Positions 16,830-25,647 of a DNA stretch of 32,000 nucleotides are shown here, in pieces (position 1 is the first letter of the stretch; the number at the start of each line of letters is the position of its first letter). The stretch comes from Vibrio vulnificus CMCP6 (GTDB lineage Bacteria; Pseudomonadota; Gammaproteobacteria; Enterobacterales; Vibrionaceae), in NCBI RefSeq assembly GCF_000039765.1, contig NC_004459.3, positions 30,001 to 62,000 on the forward strand. Direction: 5' to 3'. Under the pieces are notes generated by a model. It ran no database searches. It was given only the letters and a program-made list of their open reading frames with translations, and was not told the DNA's origin. The position numbers and the translations under genes were made by a program.

Positions 16830-19800
16830 CTAGTGGTTTTGGTTACGAGTTCGCCATACACCTAGTAAACCAAGAATAACAACCATCACTCCACCTATCC
16901 CGCCGCCAGAGGAGCCGCTGGAACTGGAGCTTGCCACCACTGCCGTTGTTGCTAACACGGTGATCGTAACTCGTCCTTGCGCTGTGGCGCCTTCAGAATC
17001 CGAGACGGTGTAATGCAAAGCCACCTCACTGGTGGATGCCATCTCTTCAGGTGCTTGATAGCGAATCTGATTGTCAATAAGCGACACGCTTCCGAAGGTC
17101 GGCTGTGATACTTGGGTTATTTGCAACGTTTGCCCATCGTGATCGCTGTCGTTAGCCAGTGGCGTGATATCAATACGCTCTCCGACCTTAACCGACACAT
17201 GATCATCTTGCGCCACTGGTGGTGTATTGACGATAACAATCTGCACATGATCGCTGTGACTCAGTCCACTTGGATCGCTCGCTTCTAACGTAAACGCAAA
17301 CACATCTCCCATACGAGCCGAAGCTGGAATCGTAAACTGCGCGGTGTCACTATCGGTTCCACTCAGGGAAACCGAAGGACCAAACGTCTGTCGCCATTGA
17401 TAGTTCAGAGGGTCTCCATCCGGATCTTGCGTCGTCGTCCCGTTTAGCTGTACACGCTGACCAGCAATCAGTTGACTTGCTTGCACATCAACGTTCACTA
17501 CAGGAGCAACATTATCGCCGACAACGACTACCTCGACGTTTGCAACGTCAGAGATCATTCGTCCATCCGCGGTTTGCAACCGATAGCTGAAACGATCTGA
17601 ACCCACAAAATAAGAGGGAGCAGTGTACGTTAAGCCACTCAAACGGCCATGTTGTGGCTGAGTAACAATGTGTACTTCCACTTGCCCTGCCAAGGTGGCG
17701 TCAATGCGATCGTTGCTGGTCAGCATGAGTTGCAGTGAGCCATTTTTGCTGACTTCAACGCGATCATTCACCGGTAGCAATAGTTCGCTGATGTCTCTGT
17801 CCAGCAGCGCGGCAAAAGGAATGAGATGATATGGCAGTAATTTATTCATGCCGTCACTGCTGCTGGTTTGCGAATTTCCTAACCAGATGGTTTTACTTCC
17901 TTCCGGTTCCATATTTTGGAGTTCACTAAACTGATAGTTTTGCTCCAGTTGCGCGTTCGTCAGCTCAATGACTAACGTATGCGACCCCATAGACAGTTTC
18001 GCAGGGGCATCAAATAACAGGCGACCATTACCAAACGTCGAGCCTTGGGCAAGCACGATACGCTCAGCTGGGTTGAGCACCAAAGAAGCAAAATTGGCAT
18101 TTGATACCGGGTAACTTGCCACCACATACTCAACGGGCTGAAGTGCATTGAGTACTTGGTAATAAAGCTGCACCCCCTCCAATACCGAATCTGAATTTAG
18201 CGTGACAGCAAATGCGGCACTGTTCTTCTCCGCTTCACTGACAACATAGCTACGACGAAGACTGGTCATCCAAGCGAAATCATACCCTTCAACAGGGCGA
18301 CGAAAGAGGAACGAAGCAAACGCATCTGAACTCGCAATATTATTTAGGCTCACGCCAGTGGCAAAGCCAGTGATTGACGTTAACGAGGGGTGCGAGCTAT
18401 CACTAATAAGGCTATTTTGGCTATCACCAGGATACACATCCGCGCCGTCAGTCCAGCCGCCATTCTCAAGCTCAGCTAAGCCATCCGCTTGCATGATCTG
18501 CACTTGCATCGGGCCTATATGGTTAAAAGCATGATTGATGTTAACAGAGGTCACTAATACCCCTTCCGCTGTCAACGCTCGATCGTAATCCTGCTTGCGG
18601 CGGTTCTCGACATACAAACGCGGACCAAATTCTTGTAGATAGGGGTCAAGATTGACGATGGCCGCTTGCTGATTAACGATTTGTACGTCGTTGTCTGAGC
18701 TTGTCAGGATCTGTGGATTGATGAAGCCAGCCGCATGTCGGCTCCAAGCACTCATATTCACAGGAGTCTCTCCTGCATACAGATCGCCCTCTTTCATTGC
18801 CCAAGAACCTGCGCCCATTACCCCCCAAGATCCCACTGAACCTTTGTGGTTATAAGAATAAAGGTCTGGTAGATCGAGCATGAGATGGCCAAGCTCATGC
18901 ACAATCACCCCCAAGGTGGATTGATGGTTGACTTGATAATCGGCAAACAAGCAGTAGGCAGAAATGTGCTTACCATCGACATAAACCGTGTTGTGGAAAT
19001 ACATGTGCGGCCAAATTGCAGGCTTCGTGAGCACACCGGTTGAGCGGTCTCCACCAGCAAAAACAAACATCACCGACAGCTCAGTTGGGTCGATAGAGCC
19101 GTCGCGGTTGAGATCGTAGGTCGAAAAATCCACATATTGGTCGATCAGTCGGTATGCTTCACTAAAGATGCTGTTCAAACGATTGGTACAAATTTGGCTG
19201 TCGTGACAATTCGGATGCTGCTGTGAAACCCGAATGCTGATCACGCCGTCATTTGCCGTACCATAGGTTTCTTGAGCTGGTACAACGCGATACTGGCCAA
19301 AAGAGTTTTTGTCGTAGTAATCCACCACACTTTGGTTGACGTCACTGAACACCAACTCTGTAAAATCATGATCCATCGAAATGTTGCTAAACGACACCTG
19401 CACAACCAACAACGGTTGCTCAAACGGCTGCGCTCGGGAAGCGAAAGCGGAACGTGTTGAAAAAAGAGTTTGCTGCAGCGAACGAGAGCGTTGAGTAACG
19501 GGGCGATCCGGCAGACTGGCGTGAGATGGCGTCACTTGTAACGCCGAGCGATCTTGAGCCGAAAGAGGAGGCTGCGAGTCGGCCAATTTTGCATCGCCAC
19601 TCGAAATCAGATAAGGCTTAGCACCGTCGTTTTTTATTTCTGCGAAAAACCATGTATCTTGCTGTTGAATCAGTGCATTGCCTTGCTCGTCTTCATACCA
19701 ATGGAAATCCGCATTACCCGTTAAGCGCACTTTCGTTGAAGAGCCGTCACTTAATTCGACATCATGCCAAATCGGCGCTGGTGGCACCGTTGCCGTTGCA

Positions 19801-19847
19801 GAGGCAGACAGTGCCAAAGCAAGCGTAAAAATCAGCCATTTGTTCAT
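16830..19847 (-). CDS. Secreted M6-family (immune inhibitor A-like) zinc metalloprotease with C-terminal Ig/cadherin-like repeats and GlyGly-CTERM sorting domain
   Basis: 1005 aa with signal peptide MNKWLIFTLALALSASATA. HExxH zinc motif VIVHELGHLMLDLPDLY (HELGH = 18885-18899). PKD/cadherin-like segments (DPDGDPLNYQWRQ; PPVAQDDHVSVKVGERIDITPLANDSDHDG). Tail SSSSSGSSGGGIGGVMVVILGLLGVWRTRNQNH. Confidence 0.85.
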   Translation of the reverse strand: MNKWLIFTLALALSASATATVPPAPIWHDVELSDGSSTKVRLTGNADFHWYEDEQGNALIQQQDTWFFAEIKNDGAKPYLISSGDAKLADSQPPLSAQDRSALQVTPSHASLPDRPVTQRSRSLQQTLFSTRSAFASRAQPFEQPLLVVQVSFSNISMDHDFTELVFSDVNQSVVDYYDKNSFGQYRVVPAQETYGTANDGVISIRVSQQHPNCHDSQICTNRLNSIFSEAYRLIDQYVDFSTYDLNRDGSIDPTELSVMFVFAGGDRSTGVLTKPAIWPHMYFHNTVYVDGKHISAYCLFADYQVNHQSTLGVIVHELGHLMLDLPDLYSYNHKGSVGSWGVMGAGSWAMKEGDLYAGETPVNMSAWSRHAAGFINPQILTSSDNDVQIVNQQAAIVNLDPYLQEFGPRLYVENRRKQDYDRALTAEGVLVTSVNINHAFNHIGPMQVQIMQADGLAELENGGWTDGADVYPGDSQNSLISDSSHPSLTSITGFATGVSLNNIASSDAFASFLFRRPVEGYDFAWMTSLRRSYVVSEAEKNSAAFAVTLNSDSVLEGVQLYYQVLNALQPVEYVVASYPVSNANFASLVLNPAERIVLAQGSTFGNGRLLFDAPAKLSMGSHTLVIELTNAQLEQNYQFSELQNMEPEGSKTIWLGNSQTSSSDGMNKLLPYHLIPFAALLDRDISELLLPVNDRVEVSKNGSLQLMLTSNDRIDATLAGQVEVHIVTQPQHGRLSGLTYTAPSYFVGSDRFSYRLQTADGRMISDVANVEVVVVGDNVAPVVNVDVQASQLIAGQRVQLNGTTTQDPDGDPLNYQWRQTFGPSVSLSGTDSDTAQFTIPASARMGDVFAFTLEASDPSGLSHSDHVQIVIVNTPPVAQDDHVSVKVGERIDITPLANDSDHDGQTLQITQVSQPTFGSVSLIDNQIRYQAPEEMASTSEVALHYTVSDSEGATAQGRVTITVLATTAVVASSSSSGSSGGGIGGVMVVILGLLGVWRTRNQNH

Positions 19848-20041
19848 TCTTAACCCTAACTCCCTTTAAGATATCGCTCGGCTCTGTGGTCAATCCAAGA
19901 CACACCAATGTAGTAACTCAAGCCGAGAAATCAATGAGGTTTTATAAAATACGCGAATCGTTTGGCAAAATAATCCATCTTGAATAAGTAAAAACGTAAT
20001 AAAGTGTAATCTTGATGACAACCGCGTTGAAAGATAAAGAA

Positions 20042-20061
20042 AAAGGCCCTGATGGGCCTTT
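20042..20061 (-). terminator. Intrinsic terminator after the minus-strand tailoring operon (symmetrical hairpin)
   Basis: aaaggccc (20042-20049) / tgat loop / gggccttt (20054-20061). On the - strand it is followed by uuuucuuuauc, about 70 nt after the stop at 20130. Confidence 0.75.
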
Positions 20062-20129
20062 TCCATTTACTCGCTATTTAGGCTAAAAAGACGATCTCTT
20101 TCTTCTCCTTAGGGTGCAGATGATTCCGT

Positions 20130-21386
20130 TCAAAGCGCTGTTTCAGTGCGCAGCTCGCGAACAAACTCCGCCAAGCTTGCCAGTCGGCGTCTCGATTCTT
20201 TGACATAAGGGTTACTCTCATCCCACGCGTAACCAGCGAGAATAGAAGAGATCATCTGCTTGATGCGCGGGTTAGGATCGTCAAAGAAAATCACCTCTTG
20301 CAAAGTGCCGTCATACCAACCTTCAACATAGGTGCGGAAGGTATTCACCCCGACCATCAAAGGTTCGGCATACGCTTTTTGCCAATCGACCACTTTACCG
20401 GCCAACTGTTTCTCAACGCACTCTACGGCAAATTGTGCCGACTTCATCGCAATCGTGACACCGGAAGAGAACACCGGATCAAGAAACTCACCCGCATTGC
20501 CTAGCAACGCATAATGTGGTGTTGCTAAGTGCTTAACATTGGCCGAGTAGCCGCCTAATTCGCCAGCAGGATTCGGGTATTGCGCCTTCTTCAGCAATTG
20601 AGCGAGCCCTGGTTCTTCTGACGCCAGTTGCTGGAGCGCTGCTAACTTATCATCTGGATAATTTTGGAAAAACTCTGGAGTGCCAACCACGCCAAAAGAG
20701 CAAACACCATTGGAAAACGGTATCAACCAATACCAGACATCGGCGTTTTCAGGATGAACCGAAATCAAGATCTTATCACGGGTATAAGCGATGCCATCGC
20801 CATCGATATTATCGACGATGTGAGTAAAAATGGCTTTCCTCGGAGGTAAACAAGAAGGCTCTTCCAAGGCCAGTAATTTTGGCAACACTCGTCCAAACCC
20901 ACTGGCATCGAGTAAATAATCGGCTTCAATTTGATAGGCTTGACCGTGTTCGTCCGTCACCACAAGCCGTGACTTGCTGCCCTCAAAGGTCACTTCCGTT
21001 ACTTCATGCTGGTAACGAATCTCTACCCCTTGACGCTGCGCATCATCTGCCAACACTTTATCGAACGTCGCTCTTTGTACTTGAAAGGTCGTGCCAGGGC
21101 CGGGCGTAAACTTATCGGTAAAGTCGAACTCGGTATAGACACCTTGCTTGCGAAAGGCAGCACCATTTTTAAATTGAAAACCATGCTGATTCACGGCGTC
21201 TAACATGCCTGCCTGTTCAACCACTTCCATACAAGCCGGCAGCAAACTCTCCCCAATCGAAAAGCGGGGAAATTGCGCTTTTTCTAACACAATGACTTTG
21301 ATGCCACGCTGGTGTAACAGCGCAGAGGCGGTCGAGCCAGAAGGGCCCGCACCAATAATGACAACCTGGGTGGATTGCTTTTCCAT
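20130..21386 (-). CDS. FAD-dependent oxidoreductase of the flavin-dependent halogenase type
   Basis: 418 aa. N-terminal dinucleotide fold VVIIGAGPSGSTASALL, then RFSIGESLLP, and a WxWxIP motif (WYWLIP, residues 218-223, nt 20718-20735). Confidence 0.75.
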   Translation of the reverse strand: MEKQSTQVVIIGAGPSGSTASALLHQRGIKVIVLEKAQFPRFSIGESLLPACMEVVEQAGMLDAVNQHGFQFKNGAAFRKQGVYTEFDFTDKFTPGPGTTFQVQRATFDKVLADDAQRQGVEIRYQHEVTEVTFEGSKSRLVVTDEHGQAYQIEADYLLDASGFGRVLPKLLALEEPSCLPPRKAIFTHIVDNIDGDGIAYTRDKILISVHPENADVWYWLIPFSNGVCSFGVVGTPEFFQNYPDDKLAALQQLASEEPGLAQLLKKAQYPNPAGELGGYSANVKHLATPHYALLGNAGEFLDPVFSSGVTIAMKSAQFAVECVEKQLAGKVVDWQKAYAEPLMVGVNTFRTYVEGWYDGTLQEVIFFDDPNPRIKQMISSILAGYAWDESNPYVKESRRRLASLAEFVRELRTETAL

Positions 21387-21410
21387 ACTCAGTGTAATTC
21401 CTGATTTTCT

Positions 21411-22481
21411 TTATTGTTTTGCAACCAATTTGAGCAAAGTGTGGCCTAATCCGATATTGTCGGTACGCTCCACAACCTCAAGTCCGGCTTCTTCAACGAT
21501 TTGCAAGAAATCTTCGCTTCGATAGAAACGACTGTTACCATTCGCTAAACAGGTAAAGTAAAGCGAGGTTGCGTTTAGGCTATATGAAGCGGCATCATAT
21601 TTCTGTGCATCGCAAAACAGTTCAAGAATATACACTATAGAATTCTGTTGAAGGTTCTCCTTTACGCGCTTGAGTATGCTCAATATTTCCATCGGCGAAA
21701 AACAGTCTAAGAACTGGCTCATCCACCACACGTCCGCGTTTTGCGGTAAGGATTCATTCTTATCAAGCATGTTCGCAGGGAAAGGAGCAATACGCCCCGA
21801 AAAACCTTGTTTATCGGCATTGGCCATCGCGAGTTCAAGCTGACGAGGTAAGTCCACAATCGTCACTTTGACATCAGGATCATAGTTACAGCACTGCAGC
21901 GCCCATTTTCCGGTATTGCCACCAATATCGACGATGTGTTGTGGTTTCTCCGTAAACACCGTCTCCAGCAAAATCGGGAATGAGCGATCAGAATAGTAGT
22001 GATCAAACTTAAACCAGCTCTCTTTTGCTTTTTCAGGTAGGCGAGACAAACCTTCGTAAATGGTGACCCAGTCACCAAGTTCTTTGAGGCCCGCCGGCTT
22101 GCCTTCTTGAATCGCTTCCGTCAAATGCATCATCGCGGCGTAACAGACGTCGGCGGTGAAATCCATGTTGGCTTGAGTCATGCCATCATGAAGAAGGAAA
22201 TGGCCCAAGTTTGCCAAGATATAGTTAGGTTTTTTCCACATCACAACATGAGCACTCAGTGCCATATCAAGCAGTACTTTTACCCCATATTCTGAGACTT
22301 GAGTTTGCTCAGCAATTTGTTCTGCGGAGAGCCCTTCTTCCCCGGCTTTATCTAAGGCAGCCAGGATTCCAAGATCTCTGAGAGTGCGAGCGGTATGAAA
22401 AAGAATAGGAGCAAATGAAAGTTTCTGAGCTTCTGTTTTCGCTTCGAAAGCGTTATACGGATCAAAATTATGATTTAACAC
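21411..22481 (-). CDS. SAM-dependent methyltransferase (family-2 O-/C-methyltransferase architecture)
   Basis: 356 aa. N-terminal winged-helix/dimerisation-like region and SAM motif I (HIVDIGGNTGKWA) followed by an acidic loop (VTIVDLP). It lies 24 nt upstream of the halogenase-like gene. Confidence 0.8.
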   Translation of the reverse strand: MLNHNFDPYNAFEAKTEAQKLSFAPILFHTARTLRDLGILAALDKAGEEGLSAEQIAEQTQVSEYGVKVLLDMALSAHVVMWKKPNYILANLGHFLLHDGMTQANMDFTADVCYAAMMHLTEAIQEGKPAGLKELGDWVTIYEGLSRLPEKAKESWFKFDHYYSDRSFPILLETVFTEKPQHIVDIGGNTGKWALQCCNYDPDVKVTIVDLPRQLELAMANADKQGFSGRIAPFPANMLDKNESLPQNADVWWMSQFLDCFSPMEILSILKRVKENLQQNSIVYILELFCDAQKYDAASYSLNATSLYFTCLANGNSRFYRSEDFLQIVEEAGLEVVERTDNIGLGHTLLKLVAKQ

Positions 22482-22511
22482 GAAAAAACCTAACTAACTG
22501 TTAAAAAGAAA

Positions 22512-22901
22512 TTATTGCGCTGCGACTAGCGCAAATTGACGTTGAATATCAACATTTAAGTTGTTGATCCAGCGATTGTAATTACGATGGATATTGCCAT
22601 CACTTGCATTCAGATTCTCTGATTTAACGTAAAGAATTGAGTAATATTTGTCGTCGTAAGGGATCATTATTTCTGCAAAATGCGAGCGAAGATTCAATTT
22701 TGCGCTTAAAACGCCAGGTTCCACTTCGGTAATCGCCCAACCCCTTTTCGTTGCTGCCAAGACGATCGCGCTTTTCACTTGTTTACTTTGAAGATCATAA
22801 CTGACTGGAGTATCCTGTATCTCCAAAATTGGTTGTACTCGACCACAGCCAACTAATAACAACGTCAAACATATAGAAATAAAAATTTTAAAGGTTTTCA
22901 T
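22512..22901 (-). CDS. Small lipoprotein of unknown function
   Basis: Start moved to the internal ATG at 22901 (RBS aaggacaatcta). This gives MKTFKIFISICLTLLLVGC with lipobox LVGC, 129 aa. I recognised no family. Confidence 0.6.
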   Translation of the reverse strand: MKTFKIFISICLTLLLVGCGRVQPILEIQDTPVSYDLQSKQVKSAIVLAATKRGWAITEVEPGVLSAKLNLRSHFAEIMIPYDDKYYSILYVKSENLNASDGNIHRNYNRWINNLNVDIQRQFALVAAQ

Positions 22902-22945
22902 TAGATTGTCCTTATTTTTTGATAAGGGCTTTAGTATGAACGCCA

Positions 22946-23698
22946 ATGGAAACAAATCAACAATCTATGTCAAATTCATCACTATCTCTTTGTGTAAATA
23001 TTGAAAAATGGTATGCGAACTCTCCTGGATTGGATAATAAAGAGCGCTGGCTAGAGTGGGCAAATACCGGAAGCTATCCTGAATCTTTCGATATTACGGC
23101 AAGTAATATACCGGCGATGATGAGACGCCGAATGAGTTCGTTAAGCAAACTGGCGGTGCACGCTGCCATTGAGTTGCTTAACCAAAACGACGTTGACTAT
23201 ATGGTTTTTTCAAGCCGTCACGGAGAATTACACCGCAGCATCGCCTTAGTCAAAGATATATTACTGGGTGAAGAAGCCTCACCAATGGCTTTTTCTCAAT
23301 CGGTACATAACACGGCGGCGGGATTAACCACCATTGCAACCAAAAAGCCTATTCCACTGACGTCGATTGCCGCGGGGAAAAATACATTCCTGAGCGCGCT
23401 TACAGAGGCTTACCTATTTTTGTCTATCCACCCAGATGCCAAAGTGTTATTAGTAGACTTCGACGAACCATTGCCACAAGACTATGCGGAATTTGAAACA
23501 CAAACGTATCGCGGTTATGCACTCGCGATGATCGTGAGCACGGGACAACAATTTGCTATCGAGGCCCATTCCGCTCAGCAGCCACAAGAGCATGAGTTGC
23601 CGCAAGCGCTGCAATTTTTCCGCGGTTTCCTCCAAGAGCAGGTCACACAATGGTCAATCACTGGCTCTCGCCAAACGTGGACATGGCATAAAAAGTGA
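22946..23698 (+). CDS. apeC: Beta-ketoacyl synthase-like protein, chain-length-factor type (ApeC-like)
   Basis: 250 aa with no obvious active-site Cys motif. The N-terminal IEKWYANSPGL...W..W pattern and its position directly before the acyltransferase/ACP/ACP genes match APE clusters. An alternative start is ATG 22967. Confidence 0.65.
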   Translation: METNQQSMSNSSLSLCVNIEKWYANSPGLDNKERWLEWANTGSYPESFDITASNIPAMMRRRMSSLSKLAVHAAIELLNQNDVDYMVFSSRHGELHRSIALVKDILLGEEASPMAFSQSVHNTAAGLTTIATKKPIPLTSIAAGKNTFLSALTEAYLFLSIHPDAKVLLVDFDEPLPQDYAEFETQTYRGYALAMIVSTGQQFAIEAHSAQQPQEHELPQALQFFRGFLQEQVTQWSITGSRQTWTWHKK

Positions 23699-24453
23699 AA
23701 AAACTGAATCAATATTGGCGGGTGTTTGCAACAGGCTTTTGCTTTGCGACCTTTGGCATTGGTGGTCTTATTCTCGGCTTGGTCATTATTCCACTGATTC
23801 ATTTGTTCATACGTGAGCAAACCGCGAGAGAATATAAAGTACAACATACAATTAAATTCACTTTTACGCTGTTCTGCAAACTGATGAAATACACTGGCGC
23901 GATCGACTATAAAATTACCGGTGGTGAGATTCTTGCCGCCGATAAAAATTGCCTTATCGTCGCCAATCATCCCAGCCTGATCGATTATGTGTTAATTGCC
24001 TCGCAGTTACGCCAATGCGATTGCTTAGTTAAAGCCTCTATTTGGCAAAATCCTTTTATGAAATATGTTGTACAAGGAGCAGGCTACATACCCAATAAAT
24101 CACCGGATGATCTTCTCAACCAATGCGAACAACGATTTGAACGCGGCAATGTATTATTGGTATTTCCCGAAGGGACACGAACGACCCCAGGAGTGAAGTC
24201 GCAATTACAACGCGGTGCTTCTCAGATCGCGATTAGGACCGAACGAGATTTACGCATCGTGCACATCACCGTTACCCCTAGTTTCTTGACCAAAGAAAAA
24301 ATGTGGTACCAAGTGCCTGAAACTAAACCGTTCTTTCACGTTGAGGTGAAACATAAGGTTGAGGTAAAACCATTTATAGAGCAAACTAATAACCCAACGT
24401 CAGCAGCCAGAAGACTGAATACACATTTGGCTGAGGCAATCTTCCCTGAGTAA
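23695..24453 (+). CDS. apeD: Lysophospholipid (1-acyl-sn-glycerol-3-phosphate, PlsC-type) acyltransferase (ApeD-like)
   Basis: 252 aa. N-terminal TM segment, HX4D motif (NHPSLIDY) and FPEGTR motif. The GTG start overlaps the apeC stop (GTGA). Confidence 0.85.
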   Translation: MKKLNQYWRVFATGFCFATFGIGGLILGLVIIPLIHLFIREQTAREYKVQHTIKFTFTLFCKLMKYTGAIDYKITGGEILAADKNCLIVANHPSLIDYVLIASQLRQCDCLVKASIWQNPFMKYVVQGAGYIPNKSPDDLLNQCEQRFERGNVLLVFPEGTRTTPGVKSQLQRGASQIAIRTERDLRIVHITVTPSFLTKEKMWYQVPETKPFFHVEVKHKVEVKPFIEQTNNPTSAARRLNTHLAEAIFPE

Positions 24454-24547
24454 GCCAAAAGATGTCTCTCCGATTTTGCCCAAGCAATATTGTTTTTGCT
24501 TATTTCAGGTTTCATTTTCCAAAATCAGTAAATATAAGTAGGTCCCA

Positions 24548-24808
24548 GTGGAAGTACTACAAAATGAAATTAAACAACTGATCATCGATGCACTCAATCT
24601 AGAGGACATCTCGATTGATGATATCGACACTGAAGCACCACTGTTTGGTGATGGCTTAGGTCTCGATTCAATCGATGCATTAGAACTTGGTTTGGCTATT
24701 AAGAAGAAATACAACATTGTTATTGATGCAGATGACAATAATACTCGTCAGCACTTTGCTTCTGTGGCAAATTTGGCAAACTACATTTCTTCACAAACCG
24801 GAAATTAA
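24548..24808 (+). CDS. apeE: Acyl carrier protein (ApeE-like)
   Basis: 86 aa with phosphopantetheine attachment motif GLGLDSIDALEL. GTG start, with a 94-bp gap upstream. Confidence 0.85.
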   Translation: MEVLQNEIKQLIIDALNLEDISIDDIDTEAPLFGDGLGLDSIDALELGLAIKKKYNIVIDADDNNTRQHFASVANLANYISSQTGN

Positions 24809-24824
24809 TTAAGCAGGCCCTGAT

Positions 24825-25079
24825 ATGTCAGAAGTTAATCAACAAGCCGTATTTGAGCAGGTTAAAGCCGCTCTGATTGAACTATTTGAACTAGAAGAAG
24901 ACGACATCCAACCGGATGCTCATCTTTATCAGGACCTAGACCTGGATAGCATTGATGCCGTTGATCTGGTCGTTCATCTGCAGAAAGTGACAGGAAAGAA
25001 AATCCAACCCGAAGAGTTTAAAGCGGTACGCACGGTTCAAGACGTCGTTGACGCTGTCGTTGAACTTGTAAAGGAATAA
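24825..25079 (+). CDS. apeF: Acyl carrier protein (ApeF-like)
   Basis: 84 aa with motif DLDLDSIDAVDL. It is the second ACP, in tandem with the first. Confidence 0.85.
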   Translation: MSEVNQQAVFEQVKAALIELFELEEDDIQPDAHLYQDLDLDSIDAVDLVVHLQKVTGKKIQPEEFKAVRTVQDVVDAVVELVKE

Positions 25080-25082
25080 GAG

Positions 25083-25640
25083 ATGCGCACATTGCTGACA
25101 GTTTTGTCTGCAATTGTATTGCTTACCTACCCTTTTGCCGTCTATTTCGGTATCGATAAGCTTGGCTTAGAAGTGGTCGCACTCCTTTTAGGCATTGTGT
25201 TTCTGCTCAGAATCCTTTCCGGCCATCAAGCCAAGCTTAAAGAATTCAAACAACTTGCGGTGATAAGCGGAGTGATCGGTGTGATGCTGGTTACGCTAGG
25301 CGCGATATTCAAACAGCAAGGTTGGCTGACGTTTTATCCCGTGATCGTTAACCTCGCCATGTTGACGCTTTTTGCCTCGAGTTTAACTCAGCCTCAAACG
25401 ATTATAGAGCGATTGGCTCGTCTACAAGAGCCCGAGTTACCCGAAAGTGGCGTTCGTTATACTCGCACAGTCACGAAAGTGTGGTGTTGGTTTTTTCTCA
25501 TCAATGCAAGTATCGCTTTATACACCTGTTTTCAATCACTACAGGTGTGGACACTGTATAACGGCTTGATTAGCTATTTAGCCGCCGGAAGTTTATTTGC
25601 TGGGGAATGGATCGTTCGCCAGTTTGTTCGCAAGGACTGA
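25083..25640 (+). CDS. apeG: Integral membrane protein of unknown function (ApeG-like)
   Basis: 185 aa with about five hydrophobic helices. Its position between the ACPs and the AMP-ligase matches APE clusters. Confidence 0.6.
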   Translation: MRTLLTVLSAIVLLTYPFAVYFGIDKLGLEVVALLLGIVFLLRILSGHQAKLKEFKQLAVISGVIGVMLVTLGAIFKQQGWLTFYPVIVNLAMLTLFASSLTQPQTIIERLARLQEPELPESGVRYTRTVTKVWCWFFLINASIALYTCFQSLQVWTLYNGLISYLAAGSLFAGEWIVRQFVRKD

Positions 25641-25647
25641 GCATTAG

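Noticed and set aside
22936-23004. 22-codon ORF (MNANGNKSTIYVKFITISLCKY) at the divergent junction, as a possible leader peptide
   Set aside because: It has no RBS, overlaps the apeC start region in another frame, and has no supporting feature. It cannot be distinguished from chance.
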